Virus record (IMG/VR): IMGVR_UViG_3300047550_003635
Reading direction: 5' to 3' (one strand)
DNA from: a virus
Length of the DNA stretch: 64,000 nucleotides
The notes under the pieces are model-generated. The model was not told the origin of the DNA. It searched no databases and was given only the letters and a program-made list of their open reading frames with translations. The position numbers and the translations under genes were made by a program. Below, one piece after another: positions 18,610-27,726 of the stretch. Position 1 is the stretch's first letter; each line of letters starts with the position of its first letter.

Positions 18610-20068
18610 TTTAGTTCTACATAAAAAAAACGAAGCATTTATTTCAATTGAATGTGAAGAATCGATAGCCCGCGAGTTATCAGATTTTTTCACTTTTTTT
18701 GTCCCCGGTTATAGATTCATGCCAGCCTATAAAAATAGATTATGGGATGGCAAAATTCGATTACTCAATTTAAAAAATAATACCATATATCACGGATTAT
18801 TACCTCATATTCAAAAATTCTGTATCGATAGAAACTATACTATTATTGTATCACCAGCAATCAATTCTACACGAAATTTCTCGGTAATAGAAGCAAAAGA
18901 TTTCATTTCTACTCTTAGTTTGCCATTTGAACCTCGTGATTACCAAATAAATTCTTTTGTTCGTGCTATTCGTGATAAAAGAATTCTTATTCTATCGCCG
19001 ACAGCATCGGGTAAATCATTAATCATATATCTTATACTGAGATATTTACAAAGTTTAGATTTCAAAAGAGGTCTTTTGATTGTTCCAACAACTTCTCTTG
19101 TTGAGCAAATGTTCACTGATTTCAAATCTTATGGTTATGATTCGGACAAGTATTGCCATCGGCAGTATTCAGGAAAAGAAAAACATACTAATAATCTTTT
19201 GACTATCACAACATGGCAATCAATTTATAAGAATCCAAATAGTTATTTTGAACAATTTGATTTTGTTATGGGTGATGAAGCACATCAATTCAAAGCAAAA
19301 TCATTAACAACAATATTATCAGGTTGCACGAATGCATCTTATCGTATTGGCACAACAGGAACACTTGATGGAACTTTAACACATAAGCTAGTCCTCGAAG
19401 GTTTATTTGGTCCAGAATATAAAGCAACAACAACAAAAGAATTGATGGACAAAAAACAGTTAGCAGACTTGAAAATCAAATGTTTGATATTAAAATATCC
19501 CGAAGAAGTTTGCAAGTTATCCAGAAAATGGACATATGATTTAGAAAAAGAATACATAGTTAGTAACAGGGCAAGAAACATATTTGTGAGAAATCTTACG
19601 TTATCATTAGAAGGTAATACATTGGTTCTTTTTCAATTAGTGGAAAAACACGGAAAAGATTTATATTCATTCATAAAAGAAAAAGCTGTTAATAGAAAAG
19701 TTTTTTTCGTGCATGGTGGAACTGATGCTGAATTTCGTGAATCTGTTCGTGAAATTACAGAAAAAGAATCAAATGCCGTCATTGTTGCCAGTTATGGAAC
19801 TTTCTCAACAGGAATTAATATTAGAAATCTACATAATGTAATTTTTGCATCGCCATCAAAATCCAAAGTTAGAAATTTACAATCAATTGGTCGTGGATTG
19901 CGATTGAGCGAAACCAAATCAGATGCTACATTATTTGATATAGCAGATGATTTCAGAACAGGTAAACATGTCAATTTTACATTAAATCATTTTATTGAAA
20001 GAGTAAAAATTTATGATGGAGAAAAATTCAACTACAAGTTCTATAACATCGACCTTAAAGATGAATGA
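18602..20068 (+). CDS. uvsW: SF2 helicase UvsW (GTG start)
   Basis: WDGKIRL, SPTASGKS, DEAH, LQSIGRGLR. Confidence 0.95.
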   Translation: MPDLVLHKKNEAFISIECEESIARELSDFFTFFVPGYRFMPAYKNRLWDGKIRLLNLKNNTIYHGLLPHIQKFCIDRNYTIIVSPAINSTRNFSVIEAKDFISTLSLPFEPRDYQINSFVRAIRDKRILILSPTASGKSLIIYLILRYLQSLDFKRGLLIVPTTSLVEQMFTDFKSYGYDSDKYCHRQYSGKEKHTNNLLTITTWQSIYKNPNSYFEQFDFVMGDEAHQFKAKSLTTILSGCTNASYRIGTTGTLDGTLTHKLVLEGLFGPEYKATTTKELMDKKQLADLKIKCLILKYPEEVCKLSRKWTYDLEKEYIVSNRARNIFVRNLTLSLEGNTLVLFQLVEKHGKDLYSFIKEKAVNRKVFFVHGGTDAEFRESVREITEKESNAVIVASYGTFSTGINIRNLHNVIFASPSKSKVRNLQSIGRGLRLSETKSDATLFDIADDFRTGKHVNFTLNHFIERVKIYDGEKFNYKFYNIDLKDE

Positions 20069-20450
20069 TATAAAAATTGTTCGGTTAAACAGCGGTGAAG
20101 ATATCATTGCTGAATATACACTTGATAAAAAAGGTAAAAATGTATTATTGAACAATCCTATGCATATCATTTTCAAAAGAACACCTTCAGGAAGTATTAT
20201 GATGATTCTTCCTTGGTTGCCTGTTGAATTATTAAAAGAAAATGTTGCCCTTATTGAAGCTAAAAATATATTGACTATTGCTGAACCTAAAGATGATTTG
20301 ATTACTTATTATCATAAACTATTGGAACAAGCAAAAGAAACATTACTCAATCAACCAGATATTCTAAGTCAGTTTGAAGAAATAGAAGAAGATGATGATT
20401 ATGAAACAGAACCAGAAATTGTTGATAAGAAAGTTAATACAATTCATTAG
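20061..20450 (+). CDS. Conserved T4-like hypothetical protein (Sm-like N-terminus)
   Basis: IKIVRLNSGEDIIA...PW; ATG at 20061 overlaps the uvsW end. Confidence 0.65.
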   Translation: MNDIKIVRLNSGEDIIAEYTLDKKGKNVLLNNPMHIIFKRTPSGSIMMILPWLPVELLKENVALIEAKNILTIAEPKDDLITYYHKLLEQAKETLLNQPDILSQFEEIEEDDDYETEPEIVDKKVNTIH

Positions 20451-20483
20451 AATAGTATTGTAATCTTCATTCTGGACACAGTC

Positions 20484-20512
20484 ATTGTAGCAGTTGTCAA
20501 GTGGTTTGTAAA
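20484..20512 (-). promoter_or_regulatory. Antisense sigma70-like promoter
   Basis: Minus strand TTTACA-17nt-TACAAT with TGn extension. Confidence 0.5.
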
Positions 20513-20537
20513 GAAAATAATGATGGAGAAACGGAAA

Positions 20538-21068
20538 ATGAGTGAAAAAAAAGAGAAGCACTATGTAAACAACGAGGATTTTCTAAAAGCATTAATTCAG
20601 TATAAGAAAGAATGCAAAAAAGCAGAAAAAGAAAATCTTCCTGAACCAAAGATACCGAATTATATCGGCGAATGTTTTCTGAAAATAGCTGACCATTTAT
20701 CAAGAAAACCAAATTTCGTGTCATATTCATTTCGTGATGAGATGATATCAGATGGAATAGAAAACTGTTTAATGTATTTTCGAAATTTTGACCCTAAAAA
20801 GTCAAAAAATCCATTTGCATATTTCACACAAATAATCTACTATGCATTTTTGAGAAGAATTACCCGTGAGAAAAAACAGTTATATGTAAAATATAAAGCA
20901 ACCGAGCAAATTGGTTTATTGGATGAATTTGAGATGTTTGTTGATGAAAACGGTAATGTTCGTCAATTTGAATTGTATGACAACATATCGGAATTTATCC
21001 AGAATTTTGAAAACAGTAAAAAAGAGAAAAAGAAAAAATCAAAAAACTTAGACAAGTTTATCGAATAA
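20538..21068 (+). CDS. gp55: Late-transcription sigma factor
   Basis: HYVNNEDFL, YIGECFLKIA, NPFAYFTQI; likely start 20538 after GGAG. Confidence 0.95.
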   Translation: MSEKKEKHYVNNEDFLKALIQYKKECKKAEKENLPEPKIPNYIGECFLKIADHLSRKPNFVSYSFRDEMISDGIENCLMYFRNFDPKKSKNPFAYFTQIIYYAFLRRITREKKQLYVKYKATEQIGLLDEFEMFVDENGNVRQFELYDNISEFIQNFENSKKEKKKKSKNLDKFIE

Positions 21069-21072
21069 CTTG

Positions 21073-21101
21073 TTGACACCCTTTATTTTGTAGTATATAA
21101 T
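21073..21101 (+). promoter_or_regulatory. Sigma70 early promoter (gp47)
   Basis: Perfect TTGACA-17-TATAAT. Confidence 0.85.
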
Positions 21102-21107
21102 TATCTA

Positions 21108-22184
21108 ATGAAAATTTGTATATTAGGCGACACGCACTTTGGAATGCGTGGTGATTCTCTTGAATTTCACCAGTATTGTTCCAAATTTTACACGAACGTA
21201 TTTTTTCCGTATATATTGGAAAACAATATTGATACTGTTTTTCAATTGGGAGATTTGTTTGACCGCAGAAAATTCATAAATTTCCAGTCACTTTATTTGT
21301 GCCGTGAATATTTTTTTGATAAGTTGCGCGATAACAATATTAAATTCCATACGCTATTAGGCAATCATGATATTGCTTTTAAGAATACGTTGAAAGTAAA
21401 TTCAACCAGTTTATTGTTGCAGGATTATAAGAACATTATCATTCATAATTCATTTGGCACTTTAGAATTTGATGATGTTCCTATTGATATTATTCCTTGG
21501 ATTTGTTCTGAAAACGAAGAATCAATTCTTGCTTCTATAAATCAATATAGTTCACCTGCACAGATTTGTTTTGGTCATTTTGAACTTGATGGATTTGAAA
21601 TGGACCGTGGAAATATTTGTGTCGGTGGTATGAGTAAAAATATTCTAAAAAGATATGATGTAGTTCTGTCAGGTCATTTTCATCATAAATCAACGAATGA
21701 TAATATTCATTATGTTGGAACACCCAATGAAATGACATGGGCTGATTATAATGACCCTCGCGGATTTCATATCTTTGATACTGCAACAAGAGAATTAGAA
21801 TTCATAGAAAATCCATATAGAATGTTTCATAAACTGTTTTATGATGATGGAAAAACAGATTTTGAATATTGGAAAAAGTTTAATTATGGGCAATTCAAAG
21901 ATACTTATTTGAAAGTTATTGTAGTATCAAAACAAAATCCCTATTTGTTTGATAACATGCTGGATAATTTATATAAAGCCGGTGTAACAGATATCTCTAT
22001 TGTTGAAGATTATTCTGATATTAATGTTGATATTGATGATGATATGGTAAATCAGGCTGAAGATACTATAACTGTTCTTTCAAACTATATCGATAATCTT
22101 CCCCTAGATGTAAATGGTGAAAAATTAAAATCATTAATGCGCGAACTATATGTTGAAGCGTCAAATATGGAAAGAGTTGAATGA
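21108..22184 (+). CDS. gp47: Recombination endonuclease subunit (Mre11/SbcD-like)
   Basis: DTHFG, LGDLFD, GNHD, SGHFH. Confidence 0.95.
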   Translation: MKICILGDTHFGMRGDSLEFHQYCSKFYTNVFFPYILENNIDTVFQLGDLFDRRKFINFQSLYLCREYFFDKLRDNNIKFHTLLGNHDIAFKNTLKVNSTSLLLQDYKNIIIHNSFGTLEFDDVPIDIIPWICSENEESILASINQYSSPAQICFGHFELDGFEMDRGNICVGGMSKNILKRYDVVLSGHFHHKSTNDNIHYVGTPNEMTWADYNDPRGFHIFDTATRELEFIENPYRMFHKLFYDDGKTDFEYWKKFNYGQFKDTYLKVIVVSKQNPYLFDNMLDNLYKAGVTDISIVEDYSDINVDIDDDMVNQAEDTITVLSNYIDNLPLDVNGEKLKSLMRELYVEASNMERVE

Positions 22185-23893
22185 TTGTTTTTAGGACTAT
22201 ACGCTGGAAAAATCTATTAAGCACTGGTAATACATTTACAGAGATTAAATTAGATTCTGCTGCAAATACACTTGTTGTTGGTAAAAATGGTTCAGGTAAA
22301 AGCACGATGCTTGATGCATTATGTTTTGGATTATTTGGCAAAGCATTTAGAAATGTGAATAAACCAAATCTACTGAATTCAATAAACGATAAAGATTGCC
22401 TTGTTGAAATTGAATTTGACAGCGAAGGTAAATCATATAAGGTTGTTCGTGGTATAAAACCTAATCTGTTTGAAATTTACTGTAATAAAAAACTATTGAA
22501 TCAGGAAGCATCATCAAGAGATTATCAAGATTATTTTGAAAGATTCATTCTAAAGCTAAACTATAAATCTTTCACACAGATTGTTATTCTTGGTTCTGCT
22601 TCATTTACTCCTTTTATGCAATTATCTGCTGCCGATAGGAGAGCAATTATTGAAGATTTGTTGGATATACAAATATTTTCAGTAATGAATAATCTTGTTA
22701 AAGACAGACTTTCAAACAATAAAGATTCTATCAGTTCAAAGAAATATGAAATAGAACTTGCACAACAGAAATATGATATTCATGAAAATCATATAAAAGA
22801 AAAGCAGCAAAATGTTGATGAAAGGATAAAACAGTATGATAGTGAGATATCAATCAGCCTCAATCTTATACAAGAAACACATGCCAAAAATTCCGACATC
22901 ACTGAAAAAACAAACGAAAAATTACAATCCATCAGTGATAAGGATGCAATATCGTCTAAACTCAAGAAGATTACAAAACTTGAATCGCAAATTGAAAGCA
23001 ACTTATCCAAATATAGAAAAGATATCAGTTTTTTTCAACATAATGACAATTGTCCAACCTGTAAGCAAGAAATTGCCTTGGGGTTTAAAGAACAAGAATT
23101 GCATTCCTTATCAGAAAAGGTGGGAGAGTGTGAAAAAGGATTAAAAGAACTTGGTGAAAAAGTTTTAGATGAACAGAATAAACTGAATAATATTTCTGAA
23201 ATTCAAAAAGAAATACAAAAATTACAGATAGAATTAGCTACAAATCAAACATTGATTTCAGAAAATGAAAAATATATTGCCAAAGTTAAAAAGCAAATCG
23301 ATGAATTAAAAAATACCAACATTGCTTCCGAAAAAGATAAACAAGAATTAGTAAAAATGAAAGAGATTTTGACTAATCTTGAAAATGAATCCAAGAAATT
23401 GATAGAAGAAAAGCAATATTATGAAGTAGCAACAACTTTACTGAAAGATACTGGCATTAAAACCAAAATCATCAAACAGTATCTTCCAATTATCAATAAA
23501 CTTGTCAACAAATACTTGACTTCGCTCGATTTCTTTGTTAATATAAACTTAGATGAATCGTTTAAAGAGTCTATTAAATCACGACACAGGGATGAATTCT
23601 CTTATAACAATTTTTCTGAAGGTGAAAAACAGAGAATTGACATGGCTCTGATGTTGACATGGAGAGCAGTCGCAAAGTTAAAGAATTCTGCCAATACAAA
23701 TTTGTTGATATTGGATGAAATATTTGATGCATCATTAGACGCAACAGGAACAGAAGAATTGATGAAGATTCTTCAATTGCTTGAGGGTGTAAATTTGTTT
23801 GTTATATCACATCGCGGTGATATTCTACAAGATAAATTTGCGAATGTAATTAAATTTGAAAAAATTAGAAACTTTTCAAGGATAGTAAAATGA
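22181..23893 (+). CDS. gp46: Recombination ATPase subunit (Rad50/SbcC-like)
   Basis: GKNGSGKS, CPTC hook, FSEGE, LILDE, ISH. Confidence 0.95.
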   Translation: MIVFRTIRWKNLLSTGNTFTEIKLDSAANTLVVGKNGSGKSTMLDALCFGLFGKAFRNVNKPNLLNSINDKDCLVEIEFDSEGKSYKVVRGIKPNLFEIYCNKKLLNQEASSRDYQDYFERFILKLNYKSFTQIVILGSASFTPFMQLSAADRRAIIEDLLDIQIFSVMNNLVKDRLSNNKDSISSKKYEIELAQQKYDIHENHIKEKQQNVDERIKQYDSEISISLNLIQETHAKNSDITEKTNEKLQSISDKDAISSKLKKITKLESQIESNLSKYRKDISFFQHNDNCPTCKQEIALGFKEQELHSLSEKVGECEKGLKELGEKVLDEQNKLNNISEIQKEIQKLQIELATNQTLISENEKYIAKVKKQIDELKNTNIASEKDKQELVKMKEILTNLENESKKLIEEKQYYEVATTLLKDTGIKTKIIKQYLPIINKLVNKYLTSLDFFVNINLDESFKESIKSRHRDEFSYNNFSEGEKQRIDMALMLTWRAVAKLKNSANTNLLILDEIFDASLDATGTEELMKILQLLEGVNLFVISHRGDILQDKFANVIKFEKIRNFSRIVK

Positions 23894-24483
23894 GTGAAAT
23901 TTTAACAATTAATACAGAAGCGGGTATTAAAACAGAAGAACAATATAAACCATTGCCATTGTATGATGAAACATTACCTATGTTGGAATCTGAAATTCCA
24001 ATGTATAATCTTCGTTTGCCAAATCCACAGATGACCAAACTCGTCAGTGAAATGAAAATGACGATGAAACAATTTGGTGGGATTGGTCTTTCAGCAAATC
24101 AATGTGGTGTATATGAACGTGTTTTTGTTATTGGGACAGACCAGTTTCAGATTGCATGTATTAATCCAAAGATTATTGAATCATCTGATAACAAAATCAA
24201 AGCAGAAGAAGGTTGTCTTTCATATCCAGGTTTGTATTTAAAGATTGAACGCCCTGAATGGATTGTTGCAGAATTTACAGATGAAAATGGTGAAACGAAA
24301 CAGATGCGATTTGATGGTGTTACTGCAAGATGTTATCAGCACGAATTGGACCATATGAATGGTAAAAAGTTTGTTGATTATGCAGGACCAGTAGCACTCC
24401 ATATGGCAAGAAAGAAACAAAAGAAAATAGTCAAGAAAGTTTCGAGAAATAGTAAGAAAAATCTAGGAGCAATTTATGGCTGA
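23890..24483 (+). CDS. def: Peptide deformylase
   Basis: GIGLSANQ, EGCLS, QHELDH. Confidence 0.92.
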   Translation: MSEILTINTEAGIKTEEQYKPLPLYDETLPMLESEIPMYNLRLPNPQMTKLVSEMKMTMKQFGGIGLSANQCGVYERVFVIGTDQFQIACINPKIIESSDNKIKAEEGCLSYPGLYLKIERPEWIVAEFTDENGETKQMRFDGVTARCYQHELDHMNGKKFVDYAGPVALHMARKKQKKIVKKVSRNSKKNLGAIYG

Positions 24484-24775
24484 AAAAAATAAAGAAAAAA
24501 ATATGATTTTTGATTTTATGGATTTAAACGATGAAGAACGTGATTTATTAATTAATGATGATAATGATTGGGAAAATCATTGGATTTCAATGCCTGAATT
24601 TGTTCAGGAAGATAATCCACCATTTAAAAAAATATTTGTGAGTTTTAGAAGTGAGAGTGATTATAATGAATTTGCTAAATTAATTGGACAAAATTTATCT
24701 GAAAAAACAAAATCTATTTGGTATCCAGTTTTAGACCGCGAAGCTAATTCATTATTGCGTTGGATTGAAGAATGA
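24476..24775 (+). CDS. Hypothetical protein of a type I recall adjacent to TAGT-type glycosyltransferases
   Basis: W..MPEFVQE...F....D...FA.LIGQ.L..KTKSIWYP. Confidence 0.6.
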   Translation: MAEKNKEKNMIFDFMDLNDEERDLLINDDNDWENHWISMPEFVQEDNPPFKKIFVSFRSESDYNEFAKLIGQNLSEKTKSIWYPVLDREANSLLRWIEE

Positions 24776-25824
24776 TAGAACCAAAAATAATAATGCCTTT
24801 CTTATCACACCATCAAAATTATGGATTAATCAGTAATCAAATATTTGGGGGTATTGAACGATTTAAAAAACTTGTTTATGAACATATTCCAAATGTTTTA
24901 CCTGTAGAAATAACAAAAGAACAAAGAAAGAAAAGAATTGGTAAAAGCATATTTCATTTTGAATATTGGCAATATCAGCCTGATATTATTTTTGTTAATG
25001 ATGCGTCAAAAGTTTTTAGTTCTGGATTGATTGATTATAATGTTCCTGTTGTATGGGTTTGTCATGAACCTTTAGAGAGAACTATCCAAAATATTGAAAT
25101 GATGAAAAGATTCAATCCATTTATTGATAGAGGTGGACATTTATATTTCGTATCTCAAATTCAGCATGAATTTTTTGACAATATGAGTAAAAGAATACTT
25201 GGATATCCAATTAAAAATATAATGGGATATGTAAATCCATCATGTTGTTTAGGAACTGAACAGGTATATACAGGCAACAGAGAATATGATGCTGTAACTA
25301 TAGGAAGAACAATACGAAGTAAAGACCCTTTTTGGTTGCATAGAAAACTGGAAAATACTAATTTGAAATCCGCAGTAATTACGGGAAAAATAAATTTACT
25401 CAAAAATGATAAAGAACATGAATATTTTAATTTTAATTACAAATGGGTAGAACCGAGATACACTTTTAGAGGATTATCACATGAAGAAACATTATATGAA
25501 ATGTCCAAAGGTGGCGTATTTGTTTCTACATGGGCATCTGAAAGTTGGGGGATTACTGCTTTAGAAGCATTAAGTTATGGTTTACCTCTATTACTAATTA
25601 CATCATCAATGAATAAACATGCTAGTCAATATATAGCAGGAAATGAAAATCATTTTAGGCATATAAAAAAAGGAATAAAATCAGAAAATTTATTGGATAT
25701 AATTAAAGAAATGAATACTATAAGTTTAGATGATAGAATGGAAATCGCTAAAATAACGCAAGAAAATCATAGCTTACAAAATTTTAAGAATATGATGAAT
25801 TCAATTTTTAGAAAAGCATTATGA
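24772..25824 (+). CDS. GT-B (GT4-like) glycosyltransferase
   Basis: ESWGITALEALSYGLP (E-x7-E motif), IFGGIE. Confidence 0.75.
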   Translation: MIEPKIIMPFLSHHQNYGLISNQIFGGIERFKKLVYEHIPNVLPVEITKEQRKKRIGKSIFHFEYWQYQPDIIFVNDASKVFSSGLIDYNVPVVWVCHEPLERTIQNIEMMKRFNPFIDRGGHLYFVSQIQHEFFDNMSKRILGYPIKNIMGYVNPSCCLGTEQVYTGNREYDAVTIGRTIRSKDPFWLHRKLENTNLKSAVITGKINLLKNDKEHEYFNFNYKWVEPRYTFRGLSHEETLYEMSKGGVFVSTWASESWGITALEALSYGLPLLLITSSMNKHASQYIAGNENHFRHIKKGIKSENLLDIIKEMNTISLDDRMEIAKITQENHSLQNFKNMMNSIFRKAL

Positions 25825-26705
25825 CAAATCCAATATATCCAATTTATATTCCTTCTAAAGGTCGTTATGAATCAATGATTACTTCAAAATCGTTGACTCG
25901 TATGAAAGTTCCACATAATATTGTTGTAGAACCACAAGAGTTTGATGATTATAAAAAAGCCGTCAAAATTTTTAATTTGGAAAATTATGCAACAGTTTTA
26001 GAATTACCTTTTAGTAATTTGGGTTTAGGTTCATATCCAGCCAGAAATTGGGCATGGGACCATTCTAAATCAATAGGTGCAAAAAAACATTGGTGCATAG
26101 ATGACAACATTTCAGATTTTTATAGGTTAAATAAAAATTTTAGAATTCGCGTAGAATCTGGTATTATTTTTAAAATAGCTGAAGATTTTGTTGATAGATA
26201 TGATAATGTTCCTGTATCTGGATTCAACTATAGATTTTTTATTGCACCAAATACAAAATATCCCCCATATTATTTAAATACGAAAGTTTACTCAACCATT
26301 TTAATTCAGAATGATTGTCCATATCGTTGGAGATTAAAATATAATGAAGATGTTGATTTGTGTTTACAAGTTTTAAAAGCTGGGTATTGCACAATTCAAT
26401 TTAATGCGTTTCTTGCTGGTAAATGCGCGACACAGACAGTTGATGGTGGAAATACTGGAGAATTATATGGTAAAAAAGGAAATGTAAAAGACCCTAAAGG
26501 AACACTACAAAAATCACAAATGTTAGTTGATTATCATCCTGATGTCGCTAAAGTCGTTTGGAAATACAATAGAGTTCATCATTATGTTGATTATCGTCCG
26601 TTTAAAAAAAATAAATTAAAATATAAAGATGATTTTATAAAACCTAAAAATATTATTAATAATTATGGAATGAAATTAATAACAAATTTTAAAAATACTA
26701 TTTAA
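25821..26705 (+). CDS. TET-associated (TAGT)/GREB1-like GT-A glycosyltransferase
   Basis: [38 protein letters not shown]. Confidence 0.7.
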   Translation: MTNPIYPIYIPSKGRYESMITSKSLTRMKVPHNIVVEPQEFDDYKKAVKIFNLENYATVLELPFSNLGLGSYPARNWAWDHSKSIGAKKHWCIDDNISDFYRLNKNFRIRVESGIIFKIAEDFVDRYDNVPVSGFNYRFFIAPNTKYPPYYLNTKVYSTILIQNDCPYRWRLKYNEDVDLCLQVLKAGYCTIQFNAFLAGKCATQTVDGGNTGELYGKKGNVKDPKGTLQKSQMLVDYHPDVAKVVWKYNRVHHYVDYRPFKKNKLKYKDDFIKPKNIINNYGMKLITNFKNTI

Positions 26706-26726
26706 TTTATAGAGGAATATTTTATT

Positions 26727-27665
26727 ATGAAAAAAATATTAGTAACTGGTGGTTCGGGATTTTTAGGCAGCCATTTGTGTGAACGTTTATTAACAGAAGG
26801 ACATCATATTTTATGTGTGGACAATTATTTTACAGGTTCAAGGACAAATATAAGTCATTTGTTAAATTATAAAAATTTTGAAATTATGAGACATGACATT
26901 TGTTTTCCTTTATATGTCGAAGTTGATGAAATTTATAATTTGGCATGTCCCGCAAGTCCAATCCACTATCAGTTGGATCCAATTCAAACTATGAAAACTA
27001 GTATTTTAGGTGCATATAATTTATTAGGACTCGCTAAACGCACAAAAGCAAAAATTTTACAAACAAGCACTTCAGAAATTTATGGCAATCCTATAGAACA
27101 TCCTCAATCAGAAGAATATTGGGGTAATGTTAACCCTATAGGAATTCGTAGTTGTTATGATGAGGGAAAACGTGCTGCCGAAACATTATTTATGGATTAT
27201 AATCGTATGCACAAAGTTGATATAAGAATAGCGAGGATTTTTAATACATACGGTCCAAAGATGTCAAAAAATGATGGTCGCGTTATTAGTAATTTTATTA
27301 TACAAGCATTAAATAATGAAAATATTACATTATATGGAAACGGTAATCAAACAAGGTCTTTTTGTTATGTTGATGATATGATTACAGCACTTATAACTCT
27401 TATGAATACTAATATGCAATATGTTGGTCCTATTAATTTAGGTAATCCAGAAGAATTTACAATTTTAGAATTAGCTGAAAAAATCATCAAAATGACTAAT
27501 TCCAAAAGTCAAATACAACAAAAAGAATTACCTAAAGATGACCCACAACAACGAAAACCTAATATAGAAAAAGCCAATAAAATTTTAAACTGGAATCCAA
27601 AAATTGGATTAAACGAAGGTCTATTTAAAACAATAGAATATTTTAATAAAATCAACAACTTATAG
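26727..27665 (+). CDS. uxs: UDP-glucuronate decarboxylase (UDP-xylose synthase)
   Basis: [50 protein letters not shown]. Confidence 0.9.
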   Translation: MKKILVTGGSGFLGSHLCERLLTEGHHILCVDNYFTGSRTNISHLLNYKNFEIMRHDICFPLYVEVDEIYNLACPASPIHYQLDPIQTMKTSILGAYNLLGLAKRTKAKILQTSTSEIYGNPIEHPQSEEYWGNVNPIGIRSCYDEGKRAAETLFMDYNRMHKVDIRIARIFNTYGPKMSKNDGRVISNFIIQALNNENITLYGNGNQTRSFCYVDDMITALITLMNTNMQYVGPINLGNPEEFTILELAEKIIKMTNSKSQIQQKELPKDDPQQRKPNIEKANKILNWNPKIGLNEGLFKTIEYFNKINNL

Positions 27666-27669
27666 ACGC

Positions 27670-27698
27670 TTGACATTTATTCAACGGTTTGCTATAAT
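27670..27698 (+). promoter_or_regulatory. Sigma70 early promoter
   Basis: TTGACA-17-TATAAT with TGn extension. Confidence 0.85.
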
Positions 27699-27726
27699 AT
27701 AGTTTCTTTCATAGATAATCTATATT

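Noticed and set aside
22836-23144. Alternative-frame 102-aa ORF inside gp46 (similarly 28340-28714 and 39996-40208)
   Set aside because: No convincing SD or protein features, unlike the nested ORFs at 52367 and 60028
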